A DNA stretch of 64,000 bases from Bacteroidota bacterium (GTDB taxonomy: Bacteria; Bacteroidota; Bacteroidia; Bacteroidales; FEN-979): the NCBI GenBank assembly GCA_026391835.1, contig JAPLDF010000006.1, positions 4,773-68,772 on the forward strand. The letters run 5' to 3'. A program made the position numbers and the translations under genes. How positions within the stretch are numbered: position 1 is the stretch's first letter; every line of letters starts with the position of its first letter. Shown piece by piece: positions 20,101-27,356 of this stretch. The notes beneath the pieces were generated by a model, which was not told where the DNA came from, searched no databases, and worked only from the letters and a program-made list of their open reading frames with translations.

Positions 20101-20432
20101 CCACCAACGGGCAGTATTGCAACGGGTTGCCAGCCGCAATGGTTGCCACTGCCACCGGCGAATCACTCCCTGCAGTTCCTGTGGATGGATCGATGTTCCG
20201 GATTTATCCGAACCCTACCCCCGGGAAATTCACGATAGAACTGGAGCCCGGTGATTTATCGGGAAACACCTATGTAACCGTATATGGAACTTGCGGAGAG
20301 CTAATCCTGGGAGATGACATGACGAATGAAGTACACAGGGAAGTCTCCCTTGCCGGCAAACCAGACGGCTTGTACTTCGTCAGGATTGTATCAGGGAACA
20401 AGGGTTATACGGAAAAAATACTCAAGTATTGA
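17103..20432 (+). CDS. Secreted T9SS cargo protein with four tandem cohesin-like modules; the first three are each followed by an Ig-like module
   Basis: Signal peptide ...AGSGFAQ. The cohesin-like block occurs four times, e.g. CPGDIVVPVNVTNCNGIGAISLILNYDNTKLTYLGYQ. The Ig-like block is e.g. YLWQISTNGG...YKYRCRLTGTC. The C-terminus is FRIYPNPTPGKFTIEL...GLYFVRIV. Confidence 0.85.
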   Translation: MKTLILKILPLVLMMIWAGSGFAQITTTAGTVTSCPGDIVVPVNVTNCNGIGAISLILNYDNTKLTYLGYQNLNNSLTVGLLIINSTGNKVVISWANTTAANLGSSTLVELRFNSVPGTTTLSWDTQTAGNCEYSDINGNILPATFTNGTATINQPPVINTQPVDKTVLVGQNTSFSVSASGAGIAYLWQISTNGGGLWTDLINNATYSNVTGSTLYLTNALITYNGYKYRCRLTGTCAPVVYTNEVTLSVIYPVTTILPTASFCPGNIIVPVTVTNFTGVAAFSLTFSYNSSCLTYNGYQTLNGALSGGTFVANASGGKIYMTWSSTTAATFGNGTLVELLFSAGTGSSPLVWDIATEGNCEYSTLSGSLITSVFTNGNETIYGLPAVTSDPANKIIAKGQNTSFSVTASGSGLSYLWQVSTNGGASFTDLVNGGYYSNVTTSTLTITAAQLAISGYQYRCRVSGNCLPVVFSNPAVLTVLPNVITTCGNITGCPGQIIVPINVTDFIGVAAFSLTLNFNPAILAYTGYQNLNASVSGGIFTANASAGSVYLTWSNITAATIANGGLLTELKFAGVPGASTLIWDTQTTGNCEYSDVSGQVIFSTWTNGNATINTPPAITTDPLNRTIYASGSTSFSVSGTGTGLGYLWQVSTNGGTIWSNLSNVSPYSGAGSNTLTINPASTGMNGYFYRCIVSGTCTPSATSDSALLTVTQAAISTTPGTITNSCTGNVNIPVNVTNCSNVGSISLTMVFDTTKMTFEGYHSVNAALSGGLLVVNRSGNQVIMSWAGTTTINIGAGVLVQYRFKANAGISTTLTWDTQTPGACEYADPLGTIITSLYNTSTIGIQANALIVNAGPDVVMSGSQVQLNGDATGGTTPYTWLWSPAGSLSNPAIPNPLASPAVTTTYTLTVTTNNACVGSDVMNVVVNGPPQDLSLQDITIPGGTSNCYNALQTITVAGGLTTFIVQNGGSAIMIAGQKISYLPGTKVNPGGYMHGYITTNGQYCNGLPAAMVATATGESLPAVPVDGSMFRIYPNPTPGKFTIELEPGDLSGNTYVTVYGTCGELILGDDMTNEVHREVSLAGKPDGLYFVRIVSGNKGYTEKILKY
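17170..19650 (+). repeat. Four diverged tandem coding repeats of about 690 bp (cohesin-like module, plus an Ig-like module in the first three). Boundaries are approximate.
   Basis: Equivalent points lie near 17185, 17880, 18568 and 19263, giving periods of 695, 688 and 695 nt. Confidence 0.75.
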
Positions 20433-20479
20433 TGCCTGCTACCGAATAAGGCTGGAAAGACCGGCACACATGGCCCGGT

Positions 20480-20953
20480 TTAGTATGGTGTTTTGTCTGT
20501 CTTTTCAGCCCACTCCTTGAAGAGTTCTGCAGCTGTGGCGTGATTGACATGCAGGAAGTTGATTTTACGCTGTTCCGGAAGCAGGTTCAGTTCTTCGTAG
20601 ATGTGATTATCTTTAAATCCGATCGACGCCGCATCATGGCGTGTGGAACAATAGTAAACCGACCGGATGTTGGCCCAATAGATTGCCGAAAGACACATCG
20701 GGCAAGGCTCACAGGTTGCATACAGGACTGCACCCGTCAGGTCGAAGTTTGCAATATTCCGGCAGGCATCGCGGATGGCCACTATTTCGGCGTGGGCTGT
20801 GGGGTCATTTTGCGAACTTACACAGTTCCCGCCTTTCCCGATCACTTTTCCGTCCATCACAACAACGGCACCAAAAGGGCCCCCAACGTTGTTTCTTACC
20901 GAGTGAAATGCTTCACTGAAGGCTTCATTCATGTATGTTTCAACAGCTTCCAT
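20480..20953 (-). CDS. CDA-fold nucleoside/nucleobase deaminase, probably guanine deaminase of the B. subtilis GuaD type
   Basis: 157 aa with HAEIVAIRDA and CEPCPMCLSAIYWANI zinc motifs, ending in a C-terminal Tyr. It lies next to purine-catabolic genes. Confidence 0.65.
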   Translation of the reverse strand: MEAVETYMNEAFSEAFHSVRNNVGGPFGAVVVMDGKVIGKGGNCVSSQNDPTAHAEIVAIRDACRNIANFDLTGAVLYATCEPCPMCLSAIYWANIRSVYYCSTRHDAASIGFKDNHIYEELNLLPEQRKINFLHVNHATAAELFKEWAEKTDKTPY

Positions 20954-20981
20954 AAAGGATTTTCATTTGTTTGAAGAGTTA

Positions 20982-20989
20982 CAAAATTA
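20982..20989 (-). promoter_or_regulatory. Candidate Bacteroidota -7 box (TAATTTTG on the minus strand) for the deaminase gene
   Basis: Exact TAnnTTTG match 29 nt upstream of the ATG at 20953. The -33 element is not clear. Confidence 0.3.
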
Positions 20990-21075
20990 ACAGGTAAAAC
21001 GACGCAAAATACATTTTCCGGCACTAACTTCTCTAATAATTAACTTTTAGAGGGGCAATTCTCATGCATTATCTC

Positions 21076-21083
21076 TAATTTTG
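21076..21083 (+). promoter_or_regulatory. Candidate Bacteroidota -7 box (TAATTTTG) for the ygfK operon
   Basis: Exact TAnnTTTG match 35 nt upstream of GTG 21118. Confidence 0.3.
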
Positions 21084-21117
21084 GGGCAACTCATTCACCT
21101 GGAAAAAACAAGCAAAA

Positions 21118-24100
21118 GTGTCAGGAAATTTTCACCCGATAAAACTGCAGGGGCTGCTTCAGTTAACACTTGCCGAAATCAGGCAAAACAAATTCATGGG
21201 GATTCCCGGGAATTTGTTTTTTCGTCCGCAACCAACTGATAATTTTGGCTTTACAAGATATGGCCGGTACCTTGAAACACCTGTCGGCGTGGCTGCAGGT
21301 CCTCACACCCAGCTGGCACTCAACATTGTTGCCGCCTGGCTCTGCGGGGCACGGTATATTGAATTGAAGACCATCCAGACGCTTGATGAACTGGAAGTCT
21401 CAAAACCCTGCATCGACATGCAGGATGAGGGATATAACTGTGAATGGTCCCAGGAACTCAAGGTGCATGAGTCTTTTACAGAATATATGAATGCCTGGAT
21501 CATCATTCATATACTGCGCAGGGAGCTAGGCTTTCCGGAACCGTGCGGGACACTTTTCAACATGAGCGCCGGGTATAACCTTGAAGGGATCATGAACGCC
21601 AATGTTCAGTGGTTCTTTGACCGGATGCTCGATTGCAGTAAAGAGCTGATCCTTGCGAAAAATTCCATCCGTGCGATTTACCCTGCAATTGACACCATCG
21701 ATATCCCGTCGCTGATCTCGGATCACATTACCCTGAGCACCATGCATGGCTGCCCGCCTGACGAAATCGAAAAAATCGGTCTATACCTGATCAGGGAGAA
21801 GAAACTGCACACCACCATCAAGTTAAATCCAACGCTGCTCGGGGCTGAGGATCTCCGCAGAATCCTAAACACAAAGCTGGGGTTCACCGCAGTAGTACCC
21901 GACCTGGCCTTTGAACATGACCTGAAGTACCCTGATGCCCTGCAAATCCTGGCATCCCTCGGCCTTGCCGCCCGTGAAAACGGGGTAGCGTTTGGTGTGA
22001 AACTCACCAACACACTTGAAACCCTGAATAACAAAGATGTTTTTAGTCCTTCCGAGGCAATGATGTACCTGAGTGGCCGGCCCCTTCATCCCATCAGCAT
22101 CAGCCTGGCCCGCAAACTTCAAAACAGCATGAAAGGCGAACTTGATGCCTCATTTTCGGCAGGTGTGGATTGTTTCAACATCGCTGATGTGCTGGCCTGC
22201 GGAATGAAACCGGTGACCGTTTGCAGTGATTTGCTGAAGCCCGGGGGATACGGACGCCTGTACCAGTATATCGAAAACCTTCGCGCGGAGTTTGCACTGA
22301 AACAGGCCGACAGCATTGACGATTATGTGAGAAAGGCCGCCGGTTCTGCTGGCCCGGTAGTGCAGTCGGCACTTTTAAACCTGAACAACTATGCCGACCG
22401 GGTGGCAGAAAACCAGGCATATCATAAACAACTTTTATCCAATCCATCCATCAAGACTTCACGGGAACTCGGCTGGTTCGACTGCATCCATGCCCCCTGT
22501 GTTGATACCTGCCCTACAAACCAGGATATCCCCGAATACATGTATCATACTTCCCACGGGGATTTTCCGGCGGCATTTGATGCCATTTTCAGAACCAACC
22601 CATTCCCGTCTGTGACCGGGATGGTGTGCGATCATCTATGCCAGATGAAATGTACAAGGATCAATTATGATGAAGCGCTGCACATCCGGGAAATCAAAAG
22701 GTTTGTGGCTGAAACCAATCCCGGGGCGCCGGCAAAAGAGATGACACCACCCCAGGCCTCTCCTGTTCAAAGGGAGGGGATGCGGGCTGCCATCATAGGG
22801 GCAGGTCCGGCAGGCTTATCGTGCGCCTGGTTCCTGCGGAAGGCAGGCTTCGAAGTGGACCTTTTTGAACAGAAAAACCTGGCAGGCGGGATGGTTTCCG
22901 CAGCCATCCCGTCGTTCCGGCTCACATCCCAGGCCATTGAAACAGATATTGAGCGCATCCTTGCATCAGGGATCCATTTATATGACAACCATCCCGTTGA
23001 CCGTACCCGGTTTGAATCCCTGCAAAATGAATTTGATCCAATTTTCCTGGCCTCCGGGGCCCAAAAATCGGTGAAGCTCAGGATCGAAGGAGTGGACTCC
23101 GCGGGTGTGATTGATCCTCTTGAATTTTTGTTTGATGTGCGGCAAAACCTTTCAACCCTCCTCGGGCAGCATGTGGTAATCATCGGCGGCGGGAACACCG
23201 CCATGGATGCCGCACGTACTGCATACCGGATGGTTGGCCCGGGTGGCAGTGTAACCATCGTTTACCGCCGCACCATGAAAGAGATGCCGGCGGATCATGG
23301 TGAAATCGCAGCGGTACTGGAGGAAGGCATCAGCATCATGGAACTGACCAACCCCTGCAGTATCCTGTCGGCCGATGGCAGGGTTACGGGGCTTATCTGT
23401 ACCCGGAACACGCTGTCTGAAGCGACACCTGGAACCAGGCCATCCCCGGTTCCGATCCCGGGTTCTGAATTTGAAATTTCATGCGACACTATCATTCCGG
23501 CCATTGGCCAGCAACTGGCAGTCGACTTCATTGAACCGGATTTACTCAGGACCAATCAGGGAAGTTACAGGACACAAATTCCCGGACTTTACATAGGCGG
23601 TGATGCCCTGCGTGGCGCATCCACCGCCATCAATGCCATTGCCGACGGGCGGAAGGCAGCCCGGGAGATCATTGAGAATACGATCAACGTGCCATCTGAC
23701 ATTGCCCTCCAAATAACCTCATCACCTACGCATGTTCCTGTCAAAAATGTGAGCAGCCGGGCGATCAGCAATGTCAGTATCCAGGATCTGATGAAACGGA
23801 AGGCAACCAGGAAATATGGTATTCATCCGGCTGAGACAGCATTGGATCAGCGGCAAAATTTCGACCTGGTCATGTCTTCGCTTACGGCCGGGGAAGCCCG
23901 GCACGAGGCTGCGCGATGTCTTCAGTGCGATGAAATATGCAATGTCTGCGTATCGGTTTGTCCGAACCTTGCCAACTTCGGGTACGAGATTGAACCGGTA
24001 TCCTATATGCTGCAAAAGGCCATTTTGAAAGAAGACGGCACCATTGCATTCGAACCGGATAAGGTTTTTACGGCCGATCAGCAATTCCAGGTGCTGAATA

Positions 24101-24477
24101 TCCGCGATTTATGCAATGAATGTGGCAATTGTACTACATTTTGTCCATCCGGTGGCAGGCCGTTTGCCGATAAGCCCGGGGTTTCCCTTTCGGTGAAATC
24201 CCTGAACCGGGAGGGGACAGGTTTTTTACTGAGCCGTCTTGATGGAAAACAGGTCCTGATCTATAAAGAGCAGGAGAACATCCGGACACTGAGTTTAACC
24301 GATGGCAAATATCTCTATGAGACCAACCAGGTGAGGGCGGTCATCAATCTGGCTGATTTCACCCTCGTTGAAGTCAAATTCCTGACACCGTGTGTGAGGG
24401 AATTCCATTTTGAATTTGCAGCGGAGATGAGCATTGTTCTTGCCGGGGCGATGCAAATAACAATGAGCAATGAATAA
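21118..24477 (+). CDS. ygfK: YgfK-like multidomain oxidoreductase (the putative selenate reductase YgfK family): DHOD/DPD-like barrel, Fe-S, glutamate-synthase-small-subunit-like FAD/NAD(P) domain and ferredoxin-like C-terminus
   Basis: 1119 aa with ETPVGVAAGPHTQLALNIVAAWLCGARYIELKTIQ, GAGPAGLSCAWFLRKAGFEVDLFEQ, CLQCDEICNVCVSVCPN and CNECGNCTTFCPSG. GTG 21118 keeps the conserved HPIKLQGLL N-terminus as I recall it from E. coli YgfK. Confidence 0.88.
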   Translation: MSGNFHPIKLQGLLQLTLAEIRQNKFMGIPGNLFFRPQPTDNFGFTRYGRYLETPVGVAAGPHTQLALNIVAAWLCGARYIELKTIQTLDELEVSKPCIDMQDEGYNCEWSQELKVHESFTEYMNAWIIIHILRRELGFPEPCGTLFNMSAGYNLEGIMNANVQWFFDRMLDCSKELILAKNSIRAIYPAIDTIDIPSLISDHITLSTMHGCPPDEIEKIGLYLIREKKLHTTIKLNPTLLGAEDLRRILNTKLGFTAVVPDLAFEHDLKYPDALQILASLGLAARENGVAFGVKLTNTLETLNNKDVFSPSEAMMYLSGRPLHPISISLARKLQNSMKGELDASFSAGVDCFNIADVLACGMKPVTVCSDLLKPGGYGRLYQYIENLRAEFALKQADSIDDYVRKAAGSAGPVVQSALLNLNNYADRVAENQAYHKQLLSNPSIKTSRELGWFDCIHAPCVDTCPTNQDIPEYMYHTSHGDFPAAFDAIFRTNPFPSVTGMVCDHLCQMKCTRINYDEALHIREIKRFVAETNPGAPAKEMTPPQASPVQREGMRAAIIGAGPAGLSCAWFLRKAGFEVDLFEQKNLAGGMVSAAIPSFRLTSQAIETDIERILASGIHLYDNHPVDRTRFESLQNEFDPIFLASGAQKSVKLRIEGVDSAGVIDPLEFLFDVRQNLSTLLGQHVVIIGGGNTAMDAARTAYRMVGPGGSVTIVYRRTMKEMPADHGEIAAVLEEGISIMELTNPCSILSADGRVTGLICTRNTLSEATPGTRPSPVPIPGSEFEISCDTIIPAIGQQLAVDFIEPDLLRTNQGSYRTQIPGLYIGGDALRGASTAINAIADGRKAAREIIENTINVPSDIALQITSSPTHVPVKNVSSRAISNVSIQDLMKRKATRKYGIHPAETALDQRQNFDLVMSSLTAGEARHEAARCLQCDEICNVCVSVCPNLANFGYEIEPVSYMLQKAILKEDGTIAFEPDKVFTADQQFQVLNIRDLCNECGNCTTFCPSGGRPFADKPGVSLSVKSLNREGTGFLLSRLDGKQVLIYKEQENIRTLSLTDGKYLYETNQVRAVINLADFTLVEVKFLTPCVREFHFEFAAEMSIVLAGAMQITMSNE

Positions 24478-24507
24478 GAAGAAGTGAAAAAATAAAAGTG
24501 AAAAAAC

Positions 24508-25980
24508 ATGATACCAATTATTAAAGATGTCGTTGATCAGACAGTATTGAACAAGGCCGTCGGCCACTACCGCGAAAAAGGAATTATCCTGCCTACTTTT
24601 GCACAGATGCAGAACCCGGACCTGATTCCCGGACGCATCAAGGACAAACTGAAAAACATCGGTTTGTGGGACCTTCATCCCCTGAATCTTTTCCGGATAA
24701 CCTGGAAAAATGAGCCAAAGGCTTCGGGCGGGTTATACGGGGCGCCAAATTTCATTGAGTTGCCCAGATCACTCACCGGTATCGACGCCCGTATCATTGT
24801 GATGCTGGGCAAATGGTTCCCAACCGGTGCGCATAAAGTTGGCGCCGCTTATGGCTGCCTGGCCCCGCGCATCATTACCGGCGGGTTTGACCCCACATAT
24901 CATAAGGCCGTATGGCCCTCAACAGGCAATTACTGCCGCGGGGGCGCCTTCGATTCCTACCTGATGGATGTCACTGCCGTGGCCATTCTGCCGGAAGAGA
25001 TGAGCCGTGAACGGTTTGCCTGGCTTGAAGAGATCGGTGCCGAGGTGATTGCCACCCCGGGATGTGAGTCGAACGTGAAGGAGATTTATGACAAATGCTG
25101 GGAAATCAAAAGGACCCGCAAGGATTGCATGGTATTCAACCAGTTCGAGGAGTTTGGAAACTCCTGCTGGCACTATGAGGTTACCGGCAACGCCATTGAA
25201 GAGGCGTTCAGGATGGCTGCCGGGAAGGATGCCAACCTGGCTGCCTATATTTCAGCCACCGGGTCGGCAGGGACCATTGCCGCCGGCGATTACCTGCGTA
25301 CAAAATTCCCGCATCTGAAGGTGGTAGCATCAGAGGCATTGCAGTGCCCGACACTCCTGCAGAACGGTTTTGGCGGCCACCGGATCGAAGGAATCGGCGA
25401 CAAACATGTGCCCTGGATCCACAATGTCCGCAATACCGATGTGGTGACGGCCATTGATGACGAGGATTGCATGCGGCTGCTGAGGCTTTTCAATGAAAAG
25501 GAAGGCCACGAATACCTCGCGGCAAACGGCGTTGACAAGGAATTGCTCCCAATGCTCGACACGATCGGCATTTCGGGTATCGGAAATATTCTTTCAGCAA
25601 TCAAAACAGCAAAACATTTTGAGTTTACCAGTGAAGATGTCATGGTGACCATTGCCACCGATTCTGCCGAAATGTACGGATCGAGGCTGGAAGAACTGAC
25701 CGCGGAACGTGGTGCCTATTCATTCCTCCAGGCAGCCCGTGACCATGAAAAATGCATGCTCGGAACCGCCCCCTCTACCATGCAGGAACTTGGATACAAC
25801 GACCGGAAAGCCATTCATAACCTGAAATACTTTACCTGGATCGAACAACAGGGGAAAGAGGTGGAAGACCTCCGGCAGTTATGGGATGACCGTCATATCT
25901 GGCCGCAAATATTCAGCCAGCCCGCACGGTGGGACGAGCTGATCAACGAATTTAATGAAAGGACAGGACTGCTGAAATAA
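24508..25980 (+). CDS. Fold-type-II PLP-dependent enzyme with a TrpB-like lysine motif; specific function unknown
   Basis: 490 aa. FPTGAHKVGAAYGCL resembles the TrpB HTGAHK PLP-lysine loop. It lies 30 nt downstream of ygfK. Confidence 0.65.
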   Translation: MIPIIKDVVDQTVLNKAVGHYREKGIILPTFAQMQNPDLIPGRIKDKLKNIGLWDLHPLNLFRITWKNEPKASGGLYGAPNFIELPRSLTGIDARIIVMLGKWFPTGAHKVGAAYGCLAPRIITGGFDPTYHKAVWPSTGNYCRGGAFDSYLMDVTAVAILPEEMSRERFAWLEEIGAEVIATPGCESNVKEIYDKCWEIKRTRKDCMVFNQFEEFGNSCWHYEVTGNAIEEAFRMAAGKDANLAAYISATGSAGTIAAGDYLRTKFPHLKVVASEALQCPTLLQNGFGGHRIEGIGDKHVPWIHNVRNTDVVTAIDDEDCMRLLRLFNEKEGHEYLAANGVDKELLPMLDTIGISGIGNILSAIKTAKHFEFTSEDVMVTIATDSAEMYGSRLEELTAERGAYSFLQAARDHEKCMLGTAPSTMQELGYNDRKAIHNLKYFTWIEQQGKEVEDLRQLWDDRHIWPQIFSQPARWDELINEFNERTGLLK

Positions 25981-26038
25981 ACACATCATCAGTTTCAGTT
26001 GGCTAAAGCCAATTGAAATAGATAAAAGACAGGCAGAT

Positions 26039-26245
26039 GGAATTTATTGCAGGCAGCTTTAACTGACTGTTACAGAATGTGCTGAAAGTACATGGAATTT
26101 ATTGCAGTCAGCTTTAACTGACTGTTACAGAATGTGCTGAAAGTACATGGAATTTATTGCAGTCAGATTTAACTGACTGTTACAGAATGTGCTGAAAGTT
26201 CATGGAATTTATTGCAGTCAGCTAAAGCTGACTGTTAAGAGGATG
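26039..26245. repeat. 55-bp tandem repeat, about 3.7 copies, each containing the palindrome CAGTCAG-N6-CTGACTG
   Basis: Units start at 26039, 26094, 26149 and 26204 and are near-identical. Diverged copies lie at about 26826-26975 and 27139-27290. Confidence 0.9.
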
Positions 26246-26286
26246 GCTAAAGAACATTGGGGCTTCAGCCCCATAAATTGAACTTT

Positions 26287-26733
26287 ATGAGCTGGGTAAG
26301 AATTTGGGTACATTTGGTCTTTTCGACAAAAAACCGTGAACCATTTCTCCATTCCGAAGAGTTGAGAAAACAATTTTTTCAGCACATCAAATCAAATGCT
26401 GAGGAAAAGCAGATTTGGCTTGATAGCATCAGTGGATACGCCGAACATGCCCATTGCCTTGTATCCCTAGGAAAAGACCAATCTGTGAGCAAGATTGCCC
26501 AATTGATTAAGGGTGAATCATCTTTCTGGGTCAATAAACATTCATTGATCAGGGACAAGTTTATCTGGCAAGATGATTATTGGGCAGTGGGTGTAAGTGA
26601 GAGCCACCTGGATAAAGTGCGGTTATATATTCACGGCCAGGAAAAACATCATGGGAGTATGACCTTTGGGGAGGAGGTAGCTGAGTTTATGAATAGATAT
26701 GGGTGGACTTTTATACAGAATATAAAAGACTGA
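26287..26733 (+). CDS. IS200/IS605-type Y1 (HUH) transposase-like protein, a probable REP-associated tyrosine transposase (RAYT)
   Basis: MSWVRIWVHLVFSTKNREPFL..., HUH motif AEHAHCLVSL and catalytic-Tyr region VRLYIHGQEKHH. About 148 aa, flanked by REP-like hairpin arrays. Confidence 0.8.
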   Translation: MSWVRIWVHLVFSTKNREPFLHSEELRKQFFQHIKSNAEEKQIWLDSISGYAEHAHCLVSLGKDQSVSKIAQLIKGESSFWVNKHSLIRDKFIWQDDYWAVGVSESHLDKVRLYIHGQEKHHGSMTFGEEVAEFMNRYGWTFIQNIKD

Positions 26734-27020
26734 TGAAACAATAAATGTGGCTAAAGCCAAATGATCAGGAGCCCCTTATAAAACAGTTGGCTAAAGCCAA
26801 CTGCAATAGATGAAATACAGACAGGTGGAATTTATTGCAGTCAGCTTTTGATGACGATTACAGAATGCACTGCAAGGATATAGAATTTATTATTGTCAGC
26901 TTTAACTGACTGTTACAGAATGTGCCGAAAGCACTTCGAATTTATTGCAGTCAGCTTTAGCTGACTGTTTAGGAGAAGGGCTGATGATAATTGGGGCTTC
27001 AGCCCCATAAATTGAACTTT

Positions 27021-27050
27021 ATGAGTTGGGTGAGAAGGTGGGTACATTTG
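27021..27050 (+). pseudogene. Remnant of a second RAYT copy: the first 10 codons are joined directly to the RAYT 3' flank
   Basis: atgagttgggtgagaaggtgggtacatttg matches 26287-26316. It is followed at once by aaacaataaatgtggctaaagcc, which follows the intact gene at 26738 onward. Confidence 0.75.
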
Positions 27051-27356
27051 AAACAATAAATGTGGCTAAAGCCAAATGATCTCGCCACACATAAAATAGT
27101 TGGCTAAAGCCAACTGCAATAGTTGAAAGACAGACAGATGGAATTTATTGCAGTCAACTTTTGATGATTGTTGCAGAATGTGCTGAAAGCACAAGGAATT
27201 TATTGCAGTCAGTTTTAACTGACTGTTACCGAATGTGCTGAAAGCACAAGGAATTTATTGCAGTCAGCTTTAGCTGACTGTTTAGGAGGTTGCTGATGAA
27301 TTTTGGGGCTTCAGCCCCATTGATGAGAAGGGATAGTCAAGTCAGAAATAAAAATT

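Larger units (their letters stand above)
25998..27325. mobile_element. REP/RAYT block: three tandem super-units of hairpin repeats. The first carries an intact Y1 transposase-like gene and the second only a remnant.
   Basis: Hairpins agttggctaaagccaact, cagtcagctttaactgactg, ggggcttcagcccc and gtgctgaaagcac recur in the same order starting near 25998, 26747 and 27062. Confidence 0.8.

Noticed and set aside
20954-21117. A possible purine riboswitch in the leader of ygfK or the guanine-deaminase-like gene
   Set aside because: I could not find the conserved three-way-junction core. Given the candidate -7 boxes, the leaders would be only about 20-35 nt, too short for a riboswitch.
21196-21198. 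ATG at 21196 as an alternative ygfK start
   Set aside because: Starting there would remove the HPIKLQGLL...FMGIPG segment, which matches my recollection of the conserved YgfK N-terminus. GTG 21118 also fits the candidate promoter. This remains uncertain without an alignment.
24482-24506. A direct repeat AAGTGAAAAAA x2 between ygfK and the PLP gene
   Set aside because: There are only two A-rich copies in a 30-nt spacer, which is probably chance or a ribosome-loading region.
26039-26245. Regular 55-bp repeats that could be mistaken for a CRISPR array
   Set aside because: The units are directly adjacent with no unique spacers, no cas genes are present, and they flank a Y1 transposase-like gene. 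They are REP-type tandem repeats, not CRISPR.
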